In this document: piece by piece, positions 36,293 to 51,000 of the stretch | Layout: each line of letters begins with the position of its first letter | How positions within the stretch are numbered: position 1 is the first letter of the stretch | Source of the DNA: Bugula neritina | Lineage: Eukaryota; Animalia; Bryozoa | Reading direction: 5' to 3' | DNA length: 64,000 nt | NCBI GenBank assembly: GCA_964035545.1 | Contig: OZ037768.1 | Location: 15,545,875 to 15,609,874, forward strand | Program-made: the position numbers and the translations under genes | Notes under the pieces: generated by a model | Seen by the model: only the letters and a program-made list of their open reading frames with translations | What the model was told of the DNA's origin: nothing | Database searches by the model: none

Positions 36293-36714
36293 GGGTCATT
36301 TTACTTAATTTAGTACACACTGGATATCTTCAGTTTTTGGCTATTTTTCACAATTTAGCTGGTAATGAACATGGTCTTTCGGCCAAAACTAGTAAAACAC
36401 CAATAAATACACCTAAATAATCAAAGTTCTTTTTAATTTTGCTTCATTTTCTATGTTTTTCCCTAATTATTCAGCTAGTTTTGGTTACGGACCGTTACGG
36501 TTTTTTCATAACGGTCTGCACATATAGAATATTAAGTGCATATGGCATAGACCTTTGCTTTAATGCTGGGGAATCCCCTTCCAGCCTTTTTTGTTATGCG
36601 TAGTTAAAACCAGCACATAAGAATAGTATGTATAGTAAATTTCAATTGATTTTGAGCAAACTTTAATGTTAGGTCATAAGTTGCTGGTGTGTACTAAATG
36701 AAGTAAACTGACTC
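36293..36714. mobile_element. Sola2-like MITE (422 bp), copy 1
   Basis: 28-bp imperfect TIR GGGTCATTTTACTTAATTTAGTACACAC / GTGTGTACTAAATGAAGTAAACTGACTC (GRG termini); 4-bp TSD ACAA/ACAT with one mismatch; empty site CATGCTAAAACATACTG seen near 34730. Confidence 0.75.
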
Positions 36715-38858
36715 ACATACTGTAACATGCTGAAATATACTGTAATATACTGCAATACTTTGTTACATGCTGAAGTATACTGTAACATACTGAAATATGC
36801 TGTAACATGCATAAATATACTGTAACATACTGTAATATACTGTAACATACTGAAATATACTGTAACCATATGAATTACACTGCAGCGTACCGAAATATAC
36901 TGCAACATGCCGAAATATACTGTAACATATCGAAATATATTGTAACATGTTGAAACATACTGCAACATACCGAAACATATCACGACATACCGAAATATAC
37001 TGCAACATGCTGAATTATACTCTAACATAATGAAATATACTGCAACATATTGAAATATACTGTAACATATTGAAATATACTTTAACATACTGAAATATAC
37101 TGTAACATTCTGTAAGATATTCTAACAGACTGAAATATACTGTAACATGCTATAATATACTGTAACATACTGAAGTACACTGTAACATGCTGAAATATAC
37201 CGTAACATACTGAAATATGCTGCAACATACATAAATATACTGTAACATACTGTAATACACTGTAACAAACTGAAATTTACTGCAACAAACCGAAACATAT
37301 TGCAACAAACCGAGATATACTTTAACATGTTGAAATATACTGTAACGTAGTGAAATATGCTGCAAGACACTGAAAGATTATGTAACATGCGGAAATACAC
37401 TGCAACATGCTGAAAGATAGTCTAACATGCTGAAATATACTGTTACATACTGAAATATACTGTAACATGTTGAAATATACTGTAACATACTGAAATATAC
37501 TTTAACATACTGAAATACACTGCAACATGCACAATTATACTTCAACGTACCAAAATATGCTGCAACATACCGTAATATACTGCAACATTCCCAAATATAC
37601 TGTATTATACCTAAATCTACTGTAATATATTGAAATATAATGTAACATACTGAAATATGCTGCAAAATGCTGAAAGACTCCGTAGCATGCTGAAATATAC
37701 TGCAACAAGCTGAAATATAGTCTAAAATACTGAAATATGCTGTTACATACTGAAATATACTGTAACATATTGAAATATACCGTAACATACTGAAATATAC
37801 TTTAACATACTGAACTAAACTGTACCAAAAAGTAAGAGATTTCAACAGACTGAAATATACTGTAACATTCTGAAATACACTGTAACATACTGATATATAC
37901 AGCAATATACTGAAATCTACCGTAACGTACTGAAATGGACCGCGACACACCGAAAAATACTGCAACATCCTAAAATATATTGCAACTCACTGAAAACACT
38001 GCAACATAATGAAATACACTGCAACATACTGAAATATACTGCAACATACTGAAATGTGCTGCAAGACACTGAAAGATTCTGTAACATGCTGAAATATAGT
38101 GTTATAACACAAAAATATATACTGTAACATGCTGATATATACTCCAACACACTAAAATGGTCAGCAACATACCGAAATATACTGCAACATACTGAAATAT
38201 ACTGCAATTTCTTAAAATATACCGCAATAAATTGAAACAAACTGCAACATACTGAAATACACTGCAACATACTGAAATATACGGCAACATACTGAAATAG
38301 ATTGTAACATACTGTAATATATCCTTACACACTGTAATATGTCCTTAAACGCTGAAATATACTTTACCATGCTGAAACATACTCTAACATTCTGAAATAT
38401 ACTAAGACACACTGAAATACATTGTAACATGCTGAGATAAACCGTAACACACTGAAATATACTTTAACATACTGAACTATACTGTATCAAAAAGTAAGAC
38501 ATTTCAACAGACTGAAATATACTGTAACATCCTGAAATACAATGTAACATACTGATATATACAGCAATATACTGAAATTTACTGTAACGTACTGAAATGG
38601 ACCGCGCCACACCGAAAAATACTGCAACATACCGAACATACTGCAACATCCTAAAATTTATTGCAACACACTGAAAACACTGCAACATAATGAAATACAC
38701 TGCAACATACTGAAATATGCTGCAAAATACTGAAAGATTCTGTAACATGCTGAATAATACTGCAACATCCTGAAATATGCTGTAACATACTGAAATCTAT
38801 TGTAACACACTGTGATATATTCGTACACACTGAAATGTACTGTACCATGCTAAAACAA

Positions 38859-39280
38859 GGGTCATTTTACTTAATTTAGTACACACTGGATATCTTCAGT
38901 TTTTGGCTATTTTTCACAATTTAGCTGGTAATGAACATGGTCTTTTGGCCAAAACTAGTAAAACACCAATAAATACACCTAAATAATCAAAGTTCTTTTT
39001 AATTTTGCTTCATTTTCTATGTTTTTCCCTAATTATTCAGCTAGTTTTGGTTACGGACCGTTACGGTTTTTTCATAACGGTCTGCACATATAGAATATTA
39101 AGTGCATATGGCATAGACCTTTGCTTTAATGCTGGGGAATCCCCTTCCAGCCTTTTTTGTTATGCGTAGTTAAAACCAGCACATAAAAATAGTATGTATA
39201 GTAAATTTCAATTGATTTTGAGCAAACTTTAATGTTAGGTCATAAGTTGCTGGTGTGTACTAAATGAAGTAAACTGACTC
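38859..39280. mobile_element. Sola2-like MITE, copy 2 (product of the tandem duplication)
   Basis: Near-identical to copy 1 with the same flanks and the same TSD mismatch. Confidence 0.75.
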
Positions 39281-42200
39281 ACATACTGTAACATGCTGAA
39301 ATATACTGTAATATACTGCAATACTTTGTTACATGCTGAAGTATACTGTAACATACTGAAATATGCTGTAACATGCATAAATATACTGTAACATACTGTA
39401 ATATACTGTAACATACTGAAATATACTGTAACCATATGAATTACACTGCAGCGTACCGAAATATACTGCAACATGCCGAAATATACTGTAACATATCGAA
39501 ATATATTGTAACATGTTGAAACATACTGCAACATCCCGAAACATATCACGACATACCGAAATATACTGCAACATGCTGAATTATACTCTAACATAATGAA
39601 ATATACTGCAACATATTGAAATATACTGTAACATATTGAAATATACTTTAACATACTGAAATATACTGTAACATTCTGTAAGATATTCTAACAGACTGAA
39701 ATATACTGTAACATGCTATAATATACTGTAACATACTGAAGTACACTGTAACATGCTGAAATATACCGTAACATACTGAAATATGCTGCAACATACATAA
39801 ATATACTGTAACATACTGTAATACACTGTAACAAACTGAAATTTACTGCAACAAACCGAAACATATTGCAACAAACCGAGATATACTTTAACATGTTGAA
39901 ATATACTGTAACATAGTGAAATATGCTGCAAGACACTGAAATATTATGTAACATGCGGAAATACACTGCAACATGCTGAAAGATAGTCTAACATGCTGAA
40001 ATATACTGTTACATACTGAAATATACTGTAACATGTTGAAATATACTGTAACATACTGAAATATACTTTAACATACTGAAATACACTGCAACATGCACAA
40101 TTATACTTCAACGTACCAAAATATGCTGCAACATACCGTAATATACTGCAACATTCCCAAATATACTGTATTATACCTAAATCTACTGTAATATATTGAA
40201 ATATAATGTAACATACTGAAATATGCTGCAAAATACTGAAAGATTCCGTAGCATGCTGAAATATACTGCAACAAGCTGAAATATAGTCTAAAATACTGAA
40301 ATATGCTGTTACATACTGAAATATACTGTAACATATTGAAATATACCGTAACATACTGAAATATACTTTAACATACTGAACTAAACTGTACCAAAAAGTA
40401 AGAGATTTCAACAGACTGAAATATACTGTAACATTCTTAAATACACTGTAACATACTGATATATACAGCAATATACTGAAATCTACCGTAACGTACTGAA
40501 ATGGACCGCGACACACCGAAAAATACTGCAACATCCTAAAATATATTGCAACTCACTGAAAACACTGCAACATAATGAAATACACTGCAACATACTGAAA
40601 TATACTGCAACATACTGAAATGTACTATAACATACTGAAATACACTGCAACATGCACAATTATTCTTCAACGTACCAAAATATGCTGCAACATACCGTAA
40701 TATACTGAAACATTTCCAAATATACTGTATTATACCTAAATATACTGTAATACATTGAAATATAATGTAACATACTGAAATATGCTGCAAAATACTGAAA
40801 TATACGCTAACATACTGAAATCAATTGTAACACACTGTAATATATTCGTACACACTGAAATATACTGTACCATGCTAAACATTCTATAACATACTGAAAT
40901 AAGCTGCAAGATACTGAGAGATTATGTAACACGCTGAAATATACTGCAACATACTGAAATATATTGTAACATACTGAAATATACTGTAACATATTGAAAT
41001 AAACTGTAACATTTTGAAATATACTGTAACATACTGAAATATACTGCAACATACCGAAACACATCGCAACATACTGAAATATACCGTAACATAATGAAAT
41101 ATGCTGCAACATACATAAATATACCCGTAACATACTGTAACATACTGAAATATACTGCAACATACCGAAACATATTGCAACATACCGAAATATACTTTAA
41201 CACATTGAAATACACTGTAACAGACTGAAATATACTGTAACATCCTGAAATATGCTATAACGTACTGAAATTGACAGCAACATACCGAAATATAATGCAA
41301 CATACTGAAACATACTGCAACATCCTGAAATATACTGCAACACACTGAAAAAAAACTGCAACATACTGAAATACACTGCAACATGCACAATTATTCTTCA
41401 ACGTATTAAATATGCTGCAATATACCGTAATATACTGCAACATTCTGAAATATACTGTATTTTACCTACATCTACTGTAATATATTAAAACATAAGGTAA
41501 CATACTGAATTATGCTGCAAAATACTGAAAGATTCTGTAACATGCTGAATGATACTGCAACATCCTGAAATATACTCTAACATACTGAAATCTATTGTAA
41601 CACACTGTAATATATTCGTACACACTGAAATATACTGTACCATGCTAAAACATACTGTAACATGCTGAAATATACTGTAATATACTGCAATACTTTGTTA
41701 CATGCTGAAGTATACTGTAACATACTGAAATATGCTGCAACAATACATAAATATACTGTAACATACTGCAATACACTGTAACAAACTGAAATTTACTGCA
41801 ACAAACCGAAACATATCGCAACATACCGAGGTATACTTTAACATGTTGAAATATACTGTAACGTAGTGAAATATGCTGCAAGACACTGAAAGATTCTGTA
41901 TCATGCTGAAATACACTGCAACATGCTGAAAAATAGTCTAACATGCTGAAATATGCTGTTACCTACTGAAATATACTGTAACCATATGAATTACACTGCA
42001 GCGTACCGAAATATACTGCAACATACCGAAATATACTGTAACATACCGAAATATACTGTAACATGTTGAAACATACTGCAACATACCGAAACATATCACG
42101 ACATACCGAAATATACTGCAACATGTCGAAATATAATCTAACATACCTAAATCTACTGCAATATATTGAAACATAATGTGACATACTGAAATATGCTGCA

Positions 42201-45200
42201 AGACACTGAAAGATTCTGTAACATGCTGAAATATATTGCAACATGCTGAAATATACTCTAACATAATGAAATATACTGCAACATATTGAAATATACTGTA
42301 ACATATTGAAATATACTTTAACATACTGAAATATACTGTAACATTTTGTAAGATATTCTAACAGACTGAAATATACTGTAACATGCTATAATATACTGTA
42401 ACATACTGAAGTACATTGTAACATGCTGAAATATACCGTAACATACTGAAATATGCTGCAACAATACATAAATATACTGTAACATACTGTAATACACTGT
42501 AACAAACTGAAATTTACTGCAACAAACCGAAACATATCGCAACATACCGAGATATACTTTGACATGTTGAAATATACTGTAACGTAGTGAAATATGCTGC
42601 AAGACACTAAAAGATTCTGTAACATGCTGAAATACACTGCAACATGCTGAAAGATAGTCTAACATGCTGAAATATGCTGTTACCTACTGAAATATACTGT
42701 AACATGTTGAAATATACTGTAACATATTGAAATATACTTTGACATACTGAAATATACTGCAACATGCTATAATATACTGTAACATACTGATGTATACTGT
42801 ATCATGCTAAATTATACTGCAACATACCGAAATATACTGCAACATACCGAAATATACTGCAACATGCCGAAATATACTCTAACATACCTAAATCTACTCT
42901 AATATACTGAAACATAATGTAACATACTGATATATACTGTAACATGCTGATATTAACTCCAACGTACTGAAATGGACCGCAACATACCGAAATATACTGC
43001 AACAAACTGAAATACAGTGCAATTTCTTAAAATATATTGCAATACACTGAAATAAACTGCAACATACCGAAATATGTTCTAACACACCTAATTCTGCTGT
43101 AATATATTGAAACATATTGTAACATACCGAAATATACTGTAACATGTTGAAATATACTGTAACATACTGAAATATACTGTATCATGCTAAAACATACTGT
43201 AACATGCTGAAATATACTGTAATATCCTGAAATACATTGTAATATGCTGAATTATACCGTAACATACTGAAATATGCTGTAACATGCATAAATATACTAT
43301 AACATACTGTAATATACTGCAACATACGGAAATATACTGTAACATATCGAAATATAATCTAACATACCTAAATCTACTGTAATATATTGAAACATAATGT
43401 GACGTACTGAAATATGCTGCAAGACACTAAAAGATTCTGTAACATGCTGAAATATACTGCAACATGCTGAAATATACTTTAACATAATGAAATATACTGT
43501 AACATATTGAAATATACTGTAACATATTGAAATATACTGTAACATACTGTAAGATACTCTAACAGACTGAAATATACTGTAACATGCTATAATATACTGT
43601 AACATACTGAAGTACATTGTAACAGGCTGAAATATACCGTAACATACTGAAATATGCTACAACATACATAAATATACTGTAACATACTGTAATACACTGT
43701 AACATACTGAAATATACTGTATCATGCTAAAGTATACTGCAACATACCGAAATATACTGCAACATACCAAAATATACTGCAACATACTGAAATATACTGC
43801 AATTTCTTAATATATACCGCAATACACTGAAACAAACTGCACCATACTGAATACACTGCAACATACTGAAATATACTGCAACATACTGAAATATACTGAA
43901 ACATATTGAAATATACTGCAACATGCCGAAATATATTCTAACATATGTAATTCTGCTGTAATACATTGAAACATAATTTAACATACTAAAATATGCTGTA
44001 AGATACTGAAATATTATGTAACATACTGAAATATATATAGTAACATACTGTAATATAGTCTTACACACTGTAATATATTCCTAAACGCTGAAATATACTT
44101 TACCATGCTGAAACATACTGTAACATTCTGAAAGATACTAAGACATACTAAAATATATTGTAACATGCTGTAATATACCGTAACATACTGAAATATACTG
44201 TAACATACGGAAATATGCTGCAACATACATAAATATACTGTAACATACTGAAATATACTGCACCATACCGAAACATATCGCAACATACCGAAATATACTG
44301 TAACATTTTGAAATATACTGTAACGTACTGAAATATGCTGCAAGACACTGAAAGATTCTGTAACATGCTGAAATATACTGCAACTTGCTGAAATATAGTT
44401 TAACATACTGAAATATGCTGTTACATATTGAAATATACTGTAACATATTGAAATAAACCGTAACATACTGAAATATACTTTAACATACTGAACTATACTG
44501 TATCAAACAGTAAGACATTCCAACAGATTGAAATATATTGTAAAATCCTGAAATATGCTGTAACATACCGAAATATACTGCAACAGACCGAATTATACTG
44601 AAACATCATAAAATATACTGCAACACATTGAAAAAACTGCAACATACTGAAATGTTCTGTAACATACTGAAATACACTGCAACATGCACAATTAATCTTC
44701 AACGTACCAAGATATGCTGCAACATACCATAATATACAGAAACGTTCCGAAATATACTGTATTATACCTAAATCTACTGTAATACATTGAAACATAATGT
44801 AACATACTGAAATATGCTGCAAAATACTGAAAGATTCTGTAACATGCTGAAATATACTGCAACATCTTGAAATATATGCTAACATACTGAAATCTATTGT
44901 AACACACTGTAATATATTCGTACACACTGAAATATACTGTACCATGCTAAAACATACTGTAAAATACTGAAATATACTGTAACATACTGAAATTACTGTA
45001 ACACTCTATAGTATACTGTAACATACTGAAGTACCTTGTAACATGCTGAAATATACCGTAGCATATTGAAATATGCTGCAACATACATAAATATACCTTA
45101 ACATACTGTAATATACTGTAACATGATGAATTATACTGCAGCATATAGAAATATACTGTAACATACCTAAATCTACTGTAATATACTGAAACATAATGTA

Positions 45201-45400
45201 ACATACTGATATATACTGTAACATGCTGATATATACTCCAACGTACTGAAATGGACCGCAACATATCGAAATATACTGCAACATACTGAAATACAATGCA
45301 ACATACTAAAATATACTGCAATATCTTAAAATATATTGCAACGTACTGAAATACACTGCAACATACTGAAATACACTGCAACATACTAAAATACACTTAA

Positions 45401-46169
45401 AGGATTGCTCTATCTTGTCTAATAAATGGCCATTTAGGTCAAACACACATAATATTGTGTTTTTCTAAGCATGCATTGACAAAAAGCATTTGACCAAACG
45501 TAGAAAAAGTTAGTTGAAGTTGAGGGTGTAGATTGGAAACAGCCAAAACGCCGATTTTGAAATGAGCTGGGAACTGTGACGTAACAGCGCCAGCATTCCT
45601 GCTGGTCACGTGACTATACAAATGAATAACTATAGAAATATGACTGTGAGATGTAATCTTTTAGCTTGCAATTTGTATATTTATAGAAGTGCAAATGTGA
45701 ATTATCTCAATCTATAGCTTTTTGACATTTTAAATAACATGTATGTGATAACATTAGGCTATATTTTGCTTGTAAACATTAGAAAAAAGCCTTGCAAAAA
45801 CATGCATTCTTTAGGATGAATGCCTGCGATCTATCTAAACTAGGTCAGATTGTGCAATGTTACGGGCGCACCAAAGCTGACCTATATAGCGCACTGTAAC
45901 TGCTTGAGCGTTATTGGTTGATGTTGTGCTCAGCAACCTTGAATACTAGCGTTATAGTTAGCACGTGCAGCATAGTTACTGGCGTTCACACGTCACGTAT
46001 TAGGCTATTCTTTTTCATGGCTGAAAATTTTACCTCCCTCAAAATTGGAATTTTGAAAAGCTGTTTTCTAGGCACATATCCCTTTGCAAAGCCACAATTG
46101 TTTGCATACACATTAGATTATAGTTCATAATTATAATGTGATTGTAATAAACTAAGATTGAGCAATCCT
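45401..46169. mobile_element. Kolobok-type non-autonomous DNA transposon (769 bp)
   Basis: TTAA TSD (45397-45400, 46170-46173); 16-bp TIR AGGATTGCTC(T/A)ATCTT; AG...CT termini. Confidence 0.85.
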
Positions 46170-46637
46170 TTAAACATATTGAAATATACTGCCACATGCC
46201 GAAATATATTCTAACATACTTAGTTCTGCTGTAATATATTGAAACATAATGTAACATACTAAAATATGCTGCAAGATACTGAAAGGTTATGTAACATGCT
46301 GAACAAAATACAGTGTATCGGACATTATCTATATATTTAGATTTCCTGCTCCATAAAGTTTACAGACAAATATTATACTCTTACAAGTTTGTGTAGAACA
46401 AAAGTAGTAATACATTAATAATATACACTATCCTTTTGGATACTTGTTAACAAAATATCTTTTCAAACAACATGCAAGATTAATAAAATATAAAAATTTA
46501 ATAAGTTAATGCAGATCAAAGGAATTTATTTATGCGCCTAATAACAAGCAATTAATCCAAGTTAATTTAAATATACATATACTTCAATAATATTAAAATT
46601 AATTGCACATAAAAATACATTTTATCAAAATAGATAA

Positions 46638-46900
46638 CTAGCGTCTAAGTAGGAAATTTAGCCTAGCCTCTATTTGAGATGACACCATAACTACCACACT
46701 TGTGAGAAAATATAATTGGTAAGAAGGAAATACTTTGCAAATAGCGAGACTTAAGATGAAAACATCAGTGTCTTGAGATTCGATTATTACATTTGGGGTA
46801 ATGATGTTCATAAGATATTTTGCATGTAACAAAGTTTGTGTACCTGCTTCTTCGCAATCTAATTGTAAGCATTTGAGTTTTGTTTCTTCAGAATTTTGAC
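46638..46900 (-). pseudogene. Relic of XPG/PIN-like nuclease domain, as in AcademX-type transposases
   Basis: LQLDCEEAGTQTLLHAKY...VIIESQDTDVFILSL resembles the HEEADT..LLHA..V..S.DTDV motif; truncated and embedded in AT-rich decayed DNA. Confidence 0.6.
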
Positions 46901-47649
46901 CATGTTTAAAAAATTTTAGCTGAATGCAACGTTTTTTGCTATGTAACAACAATAATAACCATATCGTTCTCTGAAGTATTTTTACTCCATGTTTAACACA
47001 AAAATGCACCAGTTTCAAACGCAGCTTGTTCTATTTGCTGATAACAAATTGTTATTTTTGAGACAAATAGCACACATAAAAAATTTACATGCCTATGATC
47101 TTTGAATAAGACAACCCAAGGTCATTTTTTTTAATGGGTGGCTCAAATATAACCATATAATATATTTCAAATTATAGGAAAGCTTTAGGGTATTTTTTTT
47201 GTAACTATAACTGAGCTAAATTGACTCTAGAGTCATTATATTAAAATAGTATAAAAATATGCATTTTAACCAATAGTGTTGTTTTAAAATCCAAATTGCT
47301 TATTTATATATAGTTCAGCCTAAATTTATTAGCAAAGCTCAATTGTACACATTTAAAATATTATCTTCCAGAGTCCAGATCAACCTGCTCATGCTTCTCA
47401 TTACTTTTTTGTAAAAGTAATTATTATAATAAAAATTGTGAAGAAAATCATTCTCAGACACAGATTTATTTATAATTCGGCTTTTTTATAGCTGATCAAT
47501 AATGATGTTTGCTTTATATCTAAATAACTCATTCCTTTGCTTGTTTTCGTTCATGTAGTCCACATTTTTCAGATTTTTTCACAAGAAAATCACTAAAATT
47601 AAACTCAAAGAAGTGAAAAACACATCTATGATTATCTGCAAAAGGTTTT

Positions 47650-47990
47650 GCTTGTATATATAATAAACTAGCTTCAATAATTTCAAGATAATACTTAACA
47701 GATTTGGACAAAGTTGTGGGGAAACAACTCATGTTAAAGTTTAAAGAGCTTTTGCAACCAACTGGGTAGTCAGAAAAATTTACAGTTTTTTTAACAGAAA
47801 AGTGAGAAGAGTATCAATAAATACCAACAAAATTATTTTGCTTATATAAAATAAATTAGCTCCAATAATTCCAAGACATTTAGCAGATTTACAAAAACGT
47901 TAAGAGAAGACAACTCCTTATTTGTTTCAAGCATCTGAAGCACTTTTGTGGCTAACTGGGTGCACAGAACAGTCTAGAGTTTTCACAGAA
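47650..47990. repeat. Diverged ~190-bp direct duplication in AT-rich transposon-like relic
   Basis: TATATAATAAACTAGCTTCAATAATTTCAAGA... near 47657 versus TATAAAATAAATTAGCTCCAATAATTCCAAGA... near 47845. Confidence 0.6.
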
Positions 47991-48069
47991 TAATTAGGAC
48001 CTTTAAAACTCTCAATTTCTAAAAAAGTTGCGTAGCCACCCCTCGGAGTGTAAAGAGTGAAAGATAATT

Positions 48070-51000
48070 GAAGGTGACAATGTATGATATTCAATTACAA
48101 TATATTACAGTGTAATCCATTATGTTTAAGTAAATTACAATGCATCACAATATCTTTCAGTTTAGGGAACTGTATTGCAAGATATTAAAGTGTTATGCGC
48201 TATATTTCAGTGCATTGCAGTATATTGCAGTAGGTTACAGCATGTTGCAATATAAATCCATGTAATACAGTATATTACAGTGTATGACATTGTAATACAG
48301 GTTATTACAGCTTATTACAGCTTATTACATTGCATTACCATGTCATGCAGGTTTTTTCACATTGTTTTACAATATATTTCAGTATATCGCATTATCTTGC
48401 AATATATCATGGCATATTACAGTTTACTACATTGTATTACCCTGTCTTACAGTTTTTTTCAGAATACTAAAGGTTTTTATGGTGTCTGACATTGTATGAC
48501 ATTTCATTGCACTATATTACGATGTATTACAGTGTGTTTCATTATGTTTCAGTTTATTACATTGCAACACATTATATTTCAGTCTAGTACACTGTGCTGC
48601 AGTATATTAAAATGTTTAATTTGCACTAAATATCAGTGCATTGCAGTGTTATACAGTAGGTTACAGCATCTCAAAATATAAACTGTATAATACAGTATTT
48701 TAGAGTGCATGACATTGTATTACAGGTTATTAAAATATCTTTTTAGTATGTTACGGTGTCTTGAAAAATTTTACTGCTTCTTGCAATATGTTACAGTATC
48801 TTGCAATATATTACAGTGTATTACAATTTGCTGCATTTTATTACATTTTCCCTCAATTTCTTATAAAAATTGACAGGTTATTACAGTGTCGGAAAGCGTA
48901 TGACATTGTATAACACTATTTTTCAATATATCACAGTATTTTACATCTATTACAGTATGCTACAGTCTCTTGCAACATATTGTAGTGTCTTGTTTTATAA
49001 TACAGTGTATTACGGTATAATACTGTGTGTTATATTGTATTACTCTGTCATACAGTTTTTTGCACTATATATTAGTGGATTGAGGTATATTACGTTAGGT
49101 TACAGCATCTCACAATATAAAACCATGTAATACAGTATATTAAACTGCATGTCATTGTGTTACAGGCTATTACAATATATTTTAGTATATTATAATGTCT
49201 TGCAATATATCACAGTGTATTACAGTATATTACAGTTTGCTGCATCGTATTGCTGTTTTTTTACAACTTCTTACAAAATTTGACAGGTTATTAATGTGTC
49301 TGAAAGCGCATGACATCGTATAAAACTAGATTTTAGTATATCACAGTGTTTTACAATAAAGTTCAGTATAATGCATTGTCTTGCAATATATCACAGTGTT
49401 TTACAATATATTTCAGTATATTGTATTGTCTTGCAATATATTACATTATATTACAGATTACTACATTGTATTACCTTGTCTTACAGTTTTTTTTCAGAAT
49501 TTTAAAGGTTTTTACAGTGTCTGACAGTGTATGACATTGAATTACACTATCCTAGTATGTATTACAGTGTGTTTCATTATGTTTCAGTTTAGGAAACTGT
49601 ATTGCAGTATATTAAAGTGTTTTGCGCTATATTTCAGTGCATTGCGGTATATTGGAGTAGGTTACACCGTGTTACAATAAAAAACCATGTAATACAGTAT
49701 ATTACAGTGTCTGACATAATTAAAGGTTATTACAATATATTTCAGTATGTTACAGTGTTTTGAAAAATATTACTATGTCTTGAAATATTTTACAATGTCT
49801 TGCAACATTTATATCTGTGTATTGCAGTATATTACAGATTGTTGCATTGTATTACAGTTTCTTACAGTTTCTTACAGAGTTTAACATGTTATTACAGTGT
49901 CTGAAAGCGTATGACATTATATAACACTACTTTTCAATATATCACAGTGTTTTACAATATAATTCAGTGTATTATATAGTGTCTTGCAATATGTTACAGT
50001 ATCTTGGAATATATTACAGTGGGTTACAGTTTTTGCATTGTTTTACAGCTTTTTACAATTTCTCACAAATTTTGATAGGTTATTATTGTGTCTGAAATCG
50101 TATGACATTGTATAACACTACATTTCAATATATCACGGTGTTTTACAAGATATTTCAGTATATCACAGTCTCGTGCAAGTACATATTATAGTGTTTTGAA
50201 ATATAATACAGTGTATTGCAGTATACTACTGTATATTATATTGTATTACTGTGTTATACATCTTGTTAGAGAACATCACAGGTTATCACAGTGCTTGAAA
50301 ATGTATAACATTGTAAAACATTGAATTTGATTATATTACAGTGCTTTACAATAAATTTCAGTATAATACAGTGTCTTGCAATATATTACAGTCTCTTGCA
50401 ATATGTTACAGTGACTTGCAATATATTACTGTGTATTACAGTGTATTAAAGAATGCATCACAGTAGACCTCAGTCTAGTACACTGTATTGCAATATATTA
50501 AAGTGTTTTGCATCATTTTTCAATGCGTTGAGGTGTATTACAGTTGGTTACAGCATGTCACATTAGAAAACTGTTTATAACAGTATATTACAGTGTATGA
50601 CAATTTATCAAAGGTTATTACAGTTTCTTTCAGTATATTAGAGTGTGTCACAGTATATTACAGTGCATTACAATATATTACAGTTTATTACATTGAACTG
50701 CAATGTTTTACTTTTTTTTACAGAATATTATCGAATTTTGAAGTGTCTGACAATGAACAACGTTTTAAAACACAAAATTTCAATATATCACATCGCTTTA
50801 CAATATATTTCAGCATATCGCATTGTCTTGCAAAATATCACAGCATATTACAGTTTACTACATTGTATTACCCTGTCTTACAGTTTCTTTCAGAAAATTA
50901 AATTTTTTACAGTTTTTGACAATGTATGAAATTTCATTACACTGTGTTAGAATGTATTACAGTGTGTTTCATTATGTTTCAGTGTATTACATTGCAACAG

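Larger units (their letters stand above)
35485..40620. repeat. 2566-bp tandem duplication within satellite B
   Basis: ORF pairs 35536/38102, 36669/39235 and 37378/39944 and the MITE pair are all offset by 2566. Confidence 0.93.
33630..46303. repeat. Satellite B: 20-bp unit ACTGAAATATACTGTAACAT (two 10-bp halves) with higher-order variant blocks
   Basis: Continuous 20-bp periodicity; the minus-strand MLQYISVC-type ORFs are its translation. Confidence 0.96.

Noticed and set aside
33564-45396. Cys/Tyr-rich repetitive ORFs (MLQYISVC...)
   Set aside because: They are open in several frames at once because the minus strand of the 20-bp unit lacks stops; there is no gene structure.
48035-48062. 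Possible piggyBac-like terminus (GGAGTGTAAAGAGTGAA)
   Set aside because: No intact TTAA and no matching left TIR found.
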